DNA of 64,000 nucleotides from Nitrososphaerota archaeon (GTDB lineage Archaea > Thermoproteota > Nitrososphaeria > PSMU01): contig PSMU01000001.1 of NCBI GenBank assembly GCA_040290255.1, positions 160,001 through 224,000 of the forward strand. The letters are read 5' to 3'. This document shows positions 1 through 9,687 of this stretch, piece after piece; the first letter of the stretch is position 1, and each line of letters begins with the position of its first letter. A model generated the notes under the pieces. It worked only from the letters and a program-made list of their open reading frames with translations, searched no databases and had not been told where the DNA came from. A program made the translations under genes and the position numbers.

Positions 1-466
1 GGCAGATGATGACATAGCTTGGCCCCTCTAGGAGGACGCCAGGAGCCGTTCCGACCGGGTTAGCGAGCGGGGCTGCTCCCTTGGGCAACAGCGCCATCTT
101 GCGCCTTGCCTGCGTGATCGGTATCTCACGGCCCCTAGCAGCTAGCTTAGCATACTTTTCGGTTACCAGCTGAAGGGCTAAGGGATGCTCCAGGAGCTCT
201 ACTTCAAGCGCCTTCGCCACGCCCTCCACCGTCATATCATCATAGGTGGGGCCCAGGCCACCGGTGGTGATCAGGAGAGAGGTACCCCTGCCGAGCGCCT
301 CCTTGACGGCGCCGGAGATCTCATCGAGGTCATCGCCTACAGTAGTTATCCTGTTGACCCTTATGCCAAGCTCGAAGAGCTGCTTGCAGAGCCACTGGGC
401 GTTGGTGTTCAGGGTCCTGCCGGAGAGCAGCTCATTGCCGACGGAGAGCAGCTCTGTCCGAGGCAC
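1..466 (-). CDS. cinA: CinA-like (competence/damage-inducible, molybdopterin-binding domain) protein, 3' end outside window
   Basis: Manual translation from GTG at 466: MPRTELLSVGNELLSGRTLNTNAQWL...TVGDD...ITTGGLGPTYDDMT...NPVGTAPG; absent from ORF track because it runs off the edge. Confidence 0.9.
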   Translation of the reverse strand, partial: MPRTELLSVGNELLSGRTLNTNAQWLCKQLFELGIRVNRITTVGDDLDEISGAVKEALGRGTSLLITTGGLGPTYDDMTVEGVAKALEVELLEHPLALQLVTEKYAKLAARGREIPITQARRKMALLPKGAAPLANPVGTAPGVLLEGPSYVIIC

Positions 467-520
467 GCGCCACAGCTTGCCTGGCGCTAAATTAATGTTT
501 ACCAGCCCATAGCTTGGGGC

Positions 521-1282
521 GTGTACCTTTTGTATGTGACCGGCCCCGCCGGCTCAGGCAAATCCCAGCTAGTAGGGGCGCTGGGGAACTGGTATGAAGA
601 GAAGGGCTTCACGGTCGCCCGGGTCAATTTGGACCCCGGCGCGCTAGACCTTCCGTACGAGCCCGACGTCGACTGTCGAGAGCTTGTCAACATCTATGAA
701 CTGATGGAGGAAAAGGGGCTGGGCCCCAACGGCGCGCTCATCATGGCCGTGAGCATGGTGGCCATCAACCTCGCGAAGCTTCAAGCGATGCTTGATGAGG
801 TCAATCCCGACTTGGCGCTCATCGATACGCCCGGGCAGCTTGAGCTCTTCGTCTTCCGCGAGAGCGGTCCGTTTATAACGAGCCATTTAAGGCACTCGGG
901 AAGGCTCAATCTCTTCCTCTTCGATGCTACCTTGGCCAAAGAGGCCAGCAATTTAGCATCGCTTGCCTTCCTAGCCGCCTCCACTCAGCTGAGGTTAGGC
1001 CTTCCTCAGGTCGGTGTGCTCACCAAGGTGGACTTGGCCAAGGAAGAAGTTCAAAGAATCCTAAGGTGGCTGGAGCAGCCTGCCGCCTTCGAGGCGGCCC
1101 TGACCGAGGGGAGAAAGGACGAGTACAGGAGGCTGCTCAGCAGAGGTGTCTGGAGAAGCGTTTCTAGGCTGGGCTTTTCGAGCTTCCTTTATCCTGTCTC
1201 TTCCATAACGCTAGAAGGGTTTCTCAACCTTTCGGCAGTGATATCTAGAATCCTTATGAGGGGTGAGGAAATGGCCGAATGA
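521..1282 (+). CDS. GPN-loop GTPase (archaeal PAB0955 family)
   Basis: GPAGSGKS P-loop, NLDPG, GLGPNG loop, DTPGQLE, TKVD. Confidence 0.93.
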   Translation: MYLLYVTGPAGSGKSQLVGALGNWYEEKGFTVARVNLDPGALDLPYEPDVDCRELVNIYELMEEKGLGPNGALIMAVSMVAINLAKLQAMLDEVNPDLALIDTPGQLELFVFRESGPFITSHLRHSGRLNLFLFDATLAKEASNLASLAFLAASTQLRLGLPQVGVLTKVDLAKEEVQRILRWLEQPAAFEAALTEGRKDEYRRLLSRGVWRSVSRLGFSSFLYPVSSITLEGFLNLSAVISRILMRGEEMAE

Positions 1283-1304
1283 GGGCTAAGCCCATCACGA
1301 GAGG

Positions 1305-2198
1305 CTAAGCGTTGCTCCTGAATTCTATGCCTGATAACTGCGATAGGAGCAGGAGCACGGCCGAATAGTCGAGCTCGCCCAGCTCCTTCAACGAGGCGAG
1401 CCTGTAGAGCTCCTTACCCAAGGAGGTCAGCGGAAGCACCGCGCCCGTCCGTTCGGCGGCCCTATAGGCATAGTTTACATCCTTCAACATGTGATTGAGC
1501 GTGAAGGTGGGCGAGAAGTCTCCCTTCGCCATTCTCCGCCCCTTGTTTTCGGTGAGCCCGCTCTTATGGTGGCTGGCGTTGATGACCTCTATGATGACGT
1601 CCGGAGGGAACCCCAGCTTGATGGAGAGGGCCATCGCCTCGCACAGGGCTAGCGTATGGAGCGCCAGATAGAGGTTGAGCGCCAGCTTAAGCCTGTGGCC
1701 GGATGTCACGCCTCCCAAATAGATCGGTGAGCCCAGCTCCTGCAGGAATGCCCTATACTTATCAAAGTCCGCCTTCTCCGCACCGACGAGCAGCAAGGCC
1801 CTTCCCTGCCTGATGAGCGACGGCCCTCCGAAGACGGGGGAGTCTATCCACGTTATGCCTTTAGTCCTCACCAAGGACGAGAGCGCGGCCGACTCCTCAG
1901 CCCCTATAGTGCTCATCTCGATGAGCGCGTGGCCCTCCTCTAGCGCTGAAAGAAGCCCCTTCTCCCCCTCAAGCACGGCATGAAGCGCAACGTGGTCCGT
2001 CAGGCTGGTCATGACCACATCGGCGCTGGCGGCCAGCGAGGCCGGCGTATCATGAGCTACAGCCCCCGCCCTCACCAGGGGCTCTAGCTTGGCCCTCGTC
2101 CTATTGTAAACGTGAACACGATAGCCCTTGCTCAGCAGGTTTAATGCGATGGCGGAGCCCATCCTTCCCGTGCCTAAAACGCCGACTTCTCTTTGCAC
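1305..2198 (-). CDS. NAD(P)-dependent beta-hydroxyacid dehydrogenase (3-hydroxyisobutyrate dehydrogenase family)
   Basis: GTGRMG Rossmann motif, YNRT, DSPVFGG, catalytic KLALN, F-x-L-x-HMLKD. Confidence 0.88.
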   Translation of the reverse strand: MQREVGVLGTGRMGSAIALNLLSKGYRVHVYNRTRAKLEPLVRAGAVAHDTPASLAASADVVMTSLTDHVALHAVLEGEKGLLSALEEGHALIEMSTIGAEESAALSSLVRTKGITWIDSPVFGGPSLIRQGRALLLVGAEKADFDKYRAFLQELGSPIYLGGVTSGHRLKLALNLYLALHTLALCEAMALSIKLGFPPDVIIEVINASHHKSGLTENKGRRMAKGDFSPTFTLNHMLKDVNYAYRAAERTGAVLPLTSLGKELYRLASLKELGELDYSAVLLLLSQLSGIEFRSNA

Positions 2199-2242
2199 AG
2201 CGCCTTAGCAACGCATAAAAATATAAGCGTAAGGAATCGCAT

Positions 2243-2698
2243 GTGGAGGAAGTTAAGGTCGCTGATCTAATGAAGAGTCCGAAGGGGGTGCTTAGGCCCA
2301 GCCAGACGGCCTTTGAAGCGGCCTTGGCAATGAGGGAGGCCGACATTTCCTCAGTGCTGGTGGTGGAGCAGGGAACCCTGCTAGGCATAGTGACGGAGCA
2401 CGATATCGTGCAGAGAGTGGTCGCAAACGGCTTGGATGCGAAGAAGGTAACGCTGGCCGACATAATGAGCCGCCCCATCATCTTCACGACGCCCCAGGCT
2501 ACGATCCTTCAGGCGGCGAAGCTCATGACCCAGTATAGGATCAGAAGGCTACCGGTCGTGGATAGGGGCAGGGTTGTGGGGATTGTGACCGCTGATGATA
2601 TAGCCCACTATCTGGCCAAGCTTAAGGACTATAGCGATGAATTCCTGAACGCTTTAGCCCGTTACTCAAGGCCGCCCATCGAAGGCCCCTACGCCTAG
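2243..2698 (+). CDS. CBS-domain pair protein
   Basis: Two CBS repeats (LLGIVTEHDI; IRRLPVVDRGRVVGIVTADDI). Confidence 0.9.
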   Translation: MEEVKVADLMKSPKGVLRPSQTAFEAALAMREADISSVLVVEQGTLLGIVTEHDIVQRVVANGLDAKKVTLADIMSRPIIFTTPQATILQAAKLMTQYRIRRLPVVDRGRVVGIVTADDIAHYLAKLKDYSDEFLNALARYSRPPIEGPYA

Positions 2699-2702
2699 GC
2701 CT

Positions 2703-3443
2703 CTATAGCAAAGCCTTCCTTCTGAGCTCCCCAAAGAAGGCCTCCATAGCGCCGCGTAGAAGCCCTGGCTTCTCTATTGGTATGAAATGTCCCACATCGC
2801 CGAGCAGTAGCAGCCTAGAGCCGGGAAGAAGGCGCTGCAGCTCTTGACTGGAGGAAGGGGGCACAAGCCTGTCGCGCAGGCCAGCCACTATGAGGCCGGG
2901 CCTCCCTGCCCCATAGGGCTTCCTGATGCTGCGCGCCTTCAAGATTGCGAAGTCGTATAGAAGCACACCCCGGTTTTCCATGAGTAGCCCCTCGATCTCC
3001 GGCCCTAGGCTCTCCTTCCTCTCCTCTGGTAAGGTTATCGGCAGCATCATCTCCCTAATGGCGAGCCTAGGCTCTCTGGCAAGCCTCTCCAAGAAACCAT
3101 CAGGAAACTCGAGCCTCGTCCCGTAGTTAACGCAGATGAGCGCCGTAAAGAGAGAGGGCTTTGCTAGGTAAAGGTGATGCGCTATCAGCGCGCCCAGCGA
3201 ACGGCCAACCAGCACTACGCCCGTAAGCCCCTGCTCGTTGAGCCATGCCTCAACTGCCGTGGAATAACCCTCGAATGTAAAGGGGCCTTCGACATGCCTG
3301 TTGCTGCCATGGCCCGGTAAATCGAGCAGGTAAGATCTAAAGCCGGCGAACCCCTTGCCCACCACGTCGAGCCAGACGCGCGAATCCTCGCCCGCCCCGT
3401 GAAGGAATACCAGGGGAGTTCCTTGGCCTATGAAGATGCTCAC
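2703..3443 (-). CDS. alpha/beta-fold hydrolase
   Basis: FLHG, DLPGHG, GRSLG nucleophile elbow, GLRD acid, GH catalytic His. Confidence 0.85.
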   Translation of the reverse strand: MSIFIGQGTPLVFLHGAGEDSRVWLDVVGKGFAGFRSYLLDLPGHGSNRHVEGPFTFEGYSTAVEAWLNEQGLTGVVLVGRSLGALIAHHLYLAKPSLFTALICVNYGTRLEFPDGFLERLAREPRLAIREMMLPITLPEERKESLGPEIEGLLMENRGVLLYDFAILKARSIRKPYGAGRPGLIVAGLRDRLVPPSSSQELQRLLPGSRLLLLGDVGHFIPIEKPGLLRGAMEAFFGELRRKALL

Positions 3444-3445
3444 GC

Positions 3446-4399
3446 TTAGCCGCCGCTCACCCCCTTGGGAAGGAACTCCTGGCGTAGCGAGAGGGCCGCC
3501 GTAAGGGGATCGAGCTCCCCCCTATAGACCCGTTCCAGCAGCTCTAGGAACTCCCTGCGGCCCGCCAGGCGCTCCACCTCCTCCTTCACATAATCGAACA
3601 GGTAATCCATCACTTCATCCTTTACCATCTCCCTTCTTCTCTGCGCCAACCTGCCCGAGGCCTTCATATCCTCCAATGTGGAAAGCAGCTCCTTGCAGAG
3701 CTCCTCCACCCCTTCGCCCTTGGTGGCGATGGTCCTTAGGACTTTAGCGTCCTTCCTATCGAGCAGGGCCTGCCTAAGGTAGGCGAGTGCCAGCTCGGAG
3801 TACTGAAGGTCGGCCTTATTGAGGACATAAATGTTGCCGCTCTCCATGAGGCCCGCCTTAAGGGCCTGAAGTTCGTCGCCCAGCGCGGGCATGAGGACGA
3901 CGACCGTGATGTCCGCCAGGCGGCTGATCTGCACGTCGGCCTGACCCGCGCCTATGCTCTCCATCAGTACCACCTCGAAGCCGGCCGCTTCCAGCAGGCG
4001 TATCATGAGCCCGATCCTCCTAGCCAAGCCCCCTAGCTTTCCCCGCGCCGCCAGGCTCCTAATGTAGACGCCCTCATCAAGAGTGTGCTTGGTCATCCTG
4101 ATTCTGTCCCCCAGTATAGAGCCTCCGGTAAGATGGCTCGAGGGATCCACGGAGAGGACCCCGACCCTGAAACCCCTCTTCCTGAACTCGGAGATGAGCC
4201 TGTCGATGAGCGTGCTCTTGCCCGTGCCGACCGGACCTACGAAGCCTACATGCATGGCCCCGCCGCTGTAAGGATAGAGCCGGGCCGAAAGGTGAAGCGC
4301 CTCTTCCCTCCCCTCCTCAACCAAGGAGATCGCCCTGGCCAGCGCCCTTATGTTGCCCTTTCTAACCGCCTCGGCCAGGCTCTCGAGCTCAGCTAACAT
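3446..4399 (-). CDS. meaB: Acyl-CoA mutase-associated GTPase chaperone MeaB
   Basis: LARAISLVE, GPVGTGKST, VDPSS...GGSILGDRIRM, IRS, ESIGAGQ, GDELQALKAG, NKAD. Confidence 0.93.
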   Translation of the reverse strand: MLAELESLAEAVRKGNIRALARAISLVEEGREEALHLSARLYPYSGGAMHVGFVGPVGTGKSTLIDRLISEFRKRGFRVGVLSVDPSSHLTGGSILGDRIRMTKHTLDEGVYIRSLAARGKLGGLARRIGLMIRLLEAAGFEVVLMESIGAGQADVQISRLADITVVVLMPALGDELQALKAGLMESGNIYVLNKADLQYSELALAYLRQALLDRKDAKVLRTIATKGEGVEELCKELLSTLEDMKASGRLAQRRREMVKDEVMDYLFDYVKEEVERLAGRREFLELLERVYRGELDPLTAALSLRQEFLPKGVSGG

Positions 4400-4400
4400 C

Positions 4401-5522
4401 CTACTGCGTGAGCGGAGTATAAGGAGGACCTTGATAGAGGGCCCTGGGCCTGTAAATCCTGTTTTCGCTCTGCTGCTCTATGACATGGGCCACCCAGCCC
4501 GCCATCCTGGCGGCTACGAAGATAGGAGTATACTGGTTCATCTCGATGCCCATCAGGTAGTAGAGGGGGCCCGTGAAGAAGTCCACATTGGGGTACAGAT
4601 CCCTCTTCTGCTTCATCAGGAGCTCCACCCTTTCGGCTAGCTCATACCACTGCAGCTTTCCCTTGTTCTCCGCAAGCTGCCTTAATAGGTTCTTGGCGAA
4701 GAGCGCCCTTGGATCGAGCCCCCTCTTGTAGACCCTATGCCCAAATCCCATCACCCTCTCCTTACGGCTTAGAAGCCGGTCGATGTACTCCTCAGCCCTA
4801 GATGCGTCGCCTATCTCGAGCAGCATCGCCATCACCTTCTCGTTTGCCCTGCCATGTAAGGGCCCCTTTAGCGCGGAGATCGCGGCGCAGACGGAGTTAT
4901 AGATGTCCGAGAGGGTGGAGGCCACCACGCGGGCGGTGAAGGTGGAGGCGGCCAGTTCATGCTCTATGTAAAGGATCATGGTCTGCTCGAAGATCCTGGC
5001 TTCAAGGGGTTCAGGTGGACTGGGCTTAAGGAGCCTGAGCAGGTTATAGCTTATGCCTTCCTTCTCCAAGGGATCAAGCGCGGGTAAGCCCTTAAGCAAC
5101 CTGTAGCCATTCCCCACGATCAGAGGGGTGGCCGCTATAAGGCGCAGCCCCTTCTTGAGGTTGGCCTCCACGGAGGGGTCCTCCAGATTCTCCTCATAGG
5201 CCGCTAGGACGCTTATGCCCACCCTCACAACATCCATGGGGTGCATGGAGCCGGGCATCCTGCTCAGCAGCTCGTACACCGGTCTCGGAACGTGCATGTA
5301 GCGGACAAGTTCCTGCTTAAGGGCCGTCACCTCTTCCGGCGAAGGCAGCCTTCCATAAAGCAGTAAGTAGATCGCCGCCTCGAAGGTGGCCTTCTGGGCC
5401 AGCTCGATAAGGTCGTAGCCCCTTATGAGAATTCTATGGTTCTCAACGTCTATGGTTGAGATGCGGGTCGTGGTCGCGATGATGTTCTCCAGGCCGGGAG
5501 AGAAGGGAAGCCCCACCCCCAT
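4401..5522 (-). CDS. prpC: 2-methylcitrate synthase / citrate synthase
   Basis: GLENI, EHELAASTF, LKGPLHG, MGFGHRVY, PNVDF; co-oriented with prpB and prpD. Confidence 0.88.
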   Translation of the reverse strand: MGVGLPFSPGLENIIATTTRISTIDVENHRILIRGYDLIELAQKATFEAAIYLLLYGRLPSPEEVTALKQELVRYMHVPRPVYELLSRMPGSMHPMDVVRVGISVLAAYEENLEDPSVEANLKKGLRLIAATPLIVGNGYRLLKGLPALDPLEKEGISYNLLRLLKPSPPEPLEARIFEQTMILYIEHELAASTFTARVVASTLSDIYNSVCAAISALKGPLHGRANEKVMAMLLEIGDASRAEEYIDRLLSRKERVMGFGHRVYKRGLDPRALFAKNLLRQLAENKGKLQWYELAERVELLMKQKRDLYPNVDFFTGPLYYLMGIEMNQYTPIFVAARMAGWVAHVIEQQSENRIYRPRALYQGPPYTPLTQ

Positions 5523-5525
5523 CCC

Positions 5526-6440
5526 TTACCCCACCCTCTTGTTAGTAGCCCTTTCGCTAAGGAGCTGCGCAGCCCTTTCCGCAAGGGCCCTGTCGCCCTC
5601 CTCATAGCGCCAATAGCCAATTTTTGAGTAGAACTCCTCCCTGGTCGTCATCCTGGAGAGAAGCGTAGCCTGGCTCCCCGTCCGTTTGAGCTCCATCAGC
5701 CCCTCCTCCATGGCCTTGGAGGCCAAGCGAAAGAGCGTGACAGGATAGATCACCAGCTGATAGCCCAGCTGCGCGAAGGTGCTAAAGGGGATATATGGGG
5801 TCTTGCCGAACTCCGTCATGTTGGCGAGCAGGGGTCCCTTGACCTCCTTCCTGAACCTCTCGAACTCCTCAACCGACTCCAGGGCCTCGGGGAAGATGAT
5901 GTCCGCGCCCGCCTCCTTGTAAAGCTGCGCCCTCCAGATGGCATCCTCCAGCCCGTTCACGGCCCTTGCATCCGTCCTCGCCACGATGAGGAAGTCCTCG
6001 CTCCTCCTGGCGTCCAGGGCCGCCATGATCTTCTCTACCATCTCCTTCGGGCCCACCACCCTCTTATGTGCCAAATGCCCGCACTTCTTCGGCATCTCCT
6101 GATCCTCGATCTGGATGGCGGCGGCGCCGGCGGCCTCAAGCTCCTTTACGGCTCTGGCCACGTTGATCGCTTCCCCAAAGCCGGTGTCCGCATCTACTAT
6201 TACCGGTATATCCACCACATACGCTATTCTCCTCACCATCTCGGCGATCTCGCTCAGCGTGAGCAGTCCAAGGTCAGGCAGCGCCATGCTGCCCGAAAAC
6301 GCCGCGCCGCTCAGATAGCAGGCCTTGAAGCCCGCCTGCTTTACGAGCAGGGCAGAGTAGGGGCTAAAGACGCCTACGACCATCTGAGGCTCCTGGAGCA
6401 GCTCCGTTAGACTTGAAGCCCTTTGGCTAGGCCGACGCAA
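5526..6440 (-). CDS. prpB: Methylisocitrate lyase
   Basis: YLSG, PDLG, DADTGFG, IEDQ..PKKCGH, ARTDA, ANMTEFGKTP. Confidence 0.93.
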   Translation of the reverse strand: MRRPSQRASSLTELLQEPQMVVGVFSPYSALLVKQAGFKACYLSGAAFSGSMALPDLGLLTLSEIAEMVRRIAYVVDIPVIVDADTGFGEAINVARAVKELEAAGAAAIQIEDQEMPKKCGHLAHKRVVGPKEMVEKIMAALDARRSEDFLIVARTDARAVNGLEDAIWRAQLYKEAGADIIFPEALESVEEFERFRKEVKGPLLANMTEFGKTPYIPFSTFAQLGYQLVIYPVTLFRLASKAMEEGLMELKRTGSQATLLSRMTTREEFYSKIGYWRYEEGDRALAERAAQLLSERATNKRVG

Positions 6441-7818
6441 CCTTACCCCTCACATCTAGCAGGCCTATCACCTTGCTTATGTTACTCACCCCCTCCAGAT
6501 TAAAGACCAGCCCTGCCAGCCGCTCGGCCCCTTCCTTGCCAATGACGGGCATGGCCAGCCTGTTGAACTTTTCCAGAACCCTCTGATCCTCAACGGGTCG
6601 CTGCGGATGGCCCGGCGCGTGGTCGACCCTTATCTCAAGCACGGCGTTCTCCTTGGTCCTCACCTTAATGTGCGTCGGAAAGGCCTTGGGGTAGAGCGAT
6701 GAGAATTCGCGCGATTCCGTGACCTTCATTTTCCTGAGGAGCTCGTTCACGGTTTCGTCCTTAAACATCCTCTCGTTAAAGTCTCCGATCCATATATCAC
6801 CCTTGGCCAGGCAGACGGCCACGCAATAAGGCAGGCTGTGGTCCGCCGTCTCTCGCGTCTTAGGGGCCCACTTCTCGGGGTCCTTTACGATTATCTCGTA
6901 GGCCGCATCGAAGGTCTCTATATCTATGCGCTCGATCCTATCGGGCCGCAGTCCCCTCTTCCAGAGCTGCAGCGCCCCATCGACGGCGGTCTGGGCATGG
7001 TACTCCACGGGATAGAACTTCATATAGCTCTCCAAAATCTTCGAGGGCGGCCTCTTGCCCATTCCCTCTAGGGCCGAGTAATCGAAATACTTTGCCACGA
7101 GCTTGATGAAGGCCATCTCGCCCTCGAAGGGCTGGAAGGGACCCGTGAAGCCCTCCTTGGCCAGAAGGCAGGCGAAGACCGCATTTCTGCTCGAATTGGC
7201 GGCCGCAGCCCCCTTCCACATAGAAAGTTCCCCAACCCTCGTCTGGCGCATGGACGCGTGAGGCACTATATAGATGGAGATGGCGTTGCTTATCTGCTCT
7301 TGGCTGAGGTCGAGCAGCCTGGCTACGGCCGCGAGGGCGCCCAGGCCTAGGAAGTTGACATGGTCCCAGCCCATCTTCCTCAGCGAGGTCGCGTCACAGA
7401 GCCTCATGGCGACTTCGTAACCGGTGGCTATGGCCGCTATGAGCTCCTTTCCTCCCTTTCCCGCCGCCTCGCAGGCCGCTAGGGCGGCAGGGATTAGGTC
7501 GCTGGGATGTAGCGGCTCTCTTGAGAGATAGGTGTCGTTAAAGTCCAGATATCTAACTGCCACGCCGTTGGCGAACGCGGCCCATTCAATCGGCACGGTT
7601 TCAAGCGTACCGAAGAGGCTTGCCCCTGCCTTTATCCCTGCATATCTTGCCGCGGCCCTTCGGGCTAAGCTGGGCGCGGGCTCCTGGAGCGCCGCGAGGG
7701 CGCAGCCCAAAGAGTCCAGGACCCTCCTCTTTACTTCCCTCACCACTTCAGGGCTTAGATCCGTGTAGGAGGTCCCGGCGATGTATTCGGAGAGAAACTG
7801 CGAGATCCTATCGCTCAT
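6427..7818 (-). CDS. prpD: 2-methylcitrate dehydratase (MmgE/PrpD)
   Basis: RYLDFNDT, HPSD, GWDH, R.GELSMWKG, KFYPVEYH, RETADHSLPY. Confidence 0.92.
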   Translation of the reverse strand: MSDRISQFLSEYIAGTSYTDLSPEVVREVKRRVLDSLGCALAALQEPAPSLARRAAARYAGIKAGASLFGTLETVPIEWAAFANGVAVRYLDFNDTYLSREPLHPSDLIPAALAACEAAGKGGKELIAAIATGYEVAMRLCDATSLRKMGWDHVNFLGLGALAAVARLLDLSQEQISNAISIYIVPHASMRQTRVGELSMWKGAAAANSSRNAVFACLLAKEGFTGPFQPFEGEMAFIKLVAKYFDYSALEGMGKRPPSKILESYMKFYPVEYHAQTAVDGALQLWKRGLRPDRIERIDIETFDAAYEIIVKDPEKWAPKTRETADHSLPYCVAVCLAKGDIWIGDFNERMFKDETVNELLRKMKVTESREFSSLYPKAFPTHIKVRTKENAVLEIRVDHAPGHPQRPVEDQRVLEKFNRLAMPVIGKEGAERLAGLVFNLEGVSNISKVIGLLDVRGKVASA

Positions 7819-7835
7819 GCCAGGCCCGCTCGCGC

Positions 7836-7860
7836 AACTATTATAAAAGGAAAAATATGA
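7836..7860. promoter_or_regulatory. Divergent promoter region (TATA elements) for the prpDBC-meaB operon and the mutase genes
   Basis: AT-rich AACTATTATAAAAGGAAAAATAT in a 63-bp gap between divergent start codons. Confidence 0.6.
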
Positions 7861-7881
7861 GTGTGTGCAACCTAGGGCACC

Positions 7882-9666
7882 GTGGAGTCGGCCCTTTTGC
7901 TGAAAGGAGACGAGTTGGAGAAGAGGGCGCAGTTCTGGGGCGCTATCCTCTCCGAGCTGAGGGAGAGGAGGAAGAGGGTTGCGGAGCCCTATGATGCTGA
8001 GGCCATTGAGCGGCTAAGAAAGGAGGAGGAGAGATGGCTGAGCCAGGTCTATGGGCCCTCGCTCACAGAGGGGGAGAGGAGGCCCGCCTTTCAGACCACG
8101 TCGGGCATAACCGTTAAGCCGCTCTATACGCCCGCGGATATAGCCCATATTAGCTATACGGAGCAGTTGGGCTTTCCTGGGGCCTACCCCTATACAAGGG
8201 GCGTTTATCCCAGCATGTACAGAGGAAGGCTTTGGACGATCAGGCTCTTCTCCGGCTTTGGCTCGCCCGAGGATACCAACAGGCGCCTTAAGATGCTCCT
8301 GCAGGAGGGAGAGACAGGGCTCAGCATCGCCTTTGACATGCCCACGCTCTACGGCTATGACCCCGACAGCCCCAGGGCGTATGGGGAGGTGGGCAAGTGC
8401 GGCGTCTCCGTCGGCTCCCTTAAGGATATGGAGATCATCCTTGACGGGATACCGCTGGACCGCGTCTCCACATCGATGACGATCAACGCGCCTGCCGTGG
8501 TGCTCTTGGCTATGTACGCCGCCGTGGCGGAAAAGCAGGGCGTTCCGTTGAACAGGCTAAGGGGCACGATTCAGGCCGATATACTGAAGGAGTACATAGC
8601 GCAGAAGGAGTGGATCTTTCCTCCCGAGGCCCACCTCAGGATCATAAGGGATATGATGGTCTTCTGCACCAAACATATGCCCCTTTGGCACTATCTAAGC
8701 GTCAGCGGCTACCATATCAGGGAGGCGGGGGCCTCGGCCCTACAGGAGTTGGCCTTCACGTTAATGGACGGTTTCACATACGTTGACCTGGGCAGGAGGG
8801 CGGGCCTCTCCGTCGATGAGTTCGCCCCCAGGCTCTCCTTCTTCTTCAACGCCACGATGAACTTCTTCGAGGAGATCGCCAAGTTTAGGGCCGCCAGGAG
8901 GATATGGGCGCGCGTGATGAAGGAGTTTTATCAGGCCAAGAACCCTCGGAGCCTGCTGCTCCGGTTTCACACGCAGACTTCGGGGGCCTCGCTGACTTGG
9001 CAGCAGCCGCTGAATAACATCATCAGGACCACCATAGAGGCACTGGCCGCCGTGCTGGGAGGCACGCAGTCCCTTCACACAAACTCCTACGATGAAGCCT
9101 GGGCCCTGCCCACGGAGGAGGCGGCGCGGATCGCGCTCAGGACGCAACAGATCATTGCCCATGAAACGGGCATCGCGGATGTTATAGACCCCTTGGCGGG
9201 CTCTTATTACTTAGAGTGGCTCACGGAGCAGCTCGAGGAGGGGGCATACCAGTACTTCCTCAAGATAGATGAAATGGGCGGGATCCTGGAGGCAATTGAG
9301 AGCGGTTACCTGCAGAGGGAGATCCACGAAACGGCCTATCGGTACCAGAGGGCCGTGGAGCAGGGCCGCGAGATAATCGTAGGGGTAAACAGCTATGTAA
9401 TCCCGGAGGAGCCCAGGGTTAACTACCTTAAGATAGATGAGGAGGTTCAGAGGAGGCAGATCGAGAGGATTCAGAGGCTAAGGCAGGAGAGGGACAACGT
9501 GAAGGTGAGGGAGTGCCTGGAGAAGGTTAGAAGGGCCTTCGAGGACCCCAGCGTAAACTGTGTGCCACCCATCCTGGAGGCCGTCAAGGCCTATGCGACG
9601 CTGCAGGAGATCATGGACGTGGGTAGGGAGGTCTTCGGGACTTGGTCCGAGCCCTCGTTCCTTTAG
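7882..9666 (+). CDS. icmA: AdoCbl-dependent acyl-CoA mutase large subunit, isobutyryl-CoA mutase type
   Basis: [16 protein letters not shown] (Phe at the MCM Tyr89 position), [14 protein letters not shown] (Gln at the MCM Arg207 position), [14 protein letters not shown]. Confidence 0.85.
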   Translation: MESALLLKGDELEKRAQFWGAILSELRERRKRVAEPYDAEAIERLRKEEERWLSQVYGPSLTEGERRPAFQTTSGITVKPLYTPADIAHISYTEQLGFPGAYPYTRGVYPSMYRGRLWTIRLFSGFGSPEDTNRRLKMLLQEGETGLSIAFDMPTLYGYDPDSPRAYGEVGKCGVSVGSLKDMEIILDGIPLDRVSTSMTINAPAVVLLAMYAAVAEKQGVPLNRLRGTIQADILKEYIAQKEWIFPPEAHLRIIRDMMVFCTKHMPLWHYLSVSGYHIREAGASALQELAFTLMDGFTYVDLGRRAGLSVDEFAPRLSFFFNATMNFFEEIAKFRAARRIWARVMKEFYQAKNPRSLLLRFHTQTSGASLTWQQPLNNIIRTTIEALAAVLGGTQSLHTNSYDEAWALPTEEAARIALRTQQIIAHETGIADVIDPLAGSYYLEWLTEQLEEGAYQYFLKIDEMGGILEAIESGYLQREIHETAYRYQRAVEQGREIIVGVNSYVIPEEPRVNYLKIDEEVQRRQIERIQRLRQERDNVKVRECLEKVRRAFEDPSVNCVPPILEAVKAYATLQEIMDVGREVFGTWSEPSFL

Positions 9667-9687
9667 CGCCATGCGCGCGAGCTGGCC

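Noticed and set aside
185-512. Plus-strand ORFs of 101 and 88 aa
   Set aside because: Shadows of the minus-strand cinA-like gene, which has clear motifs
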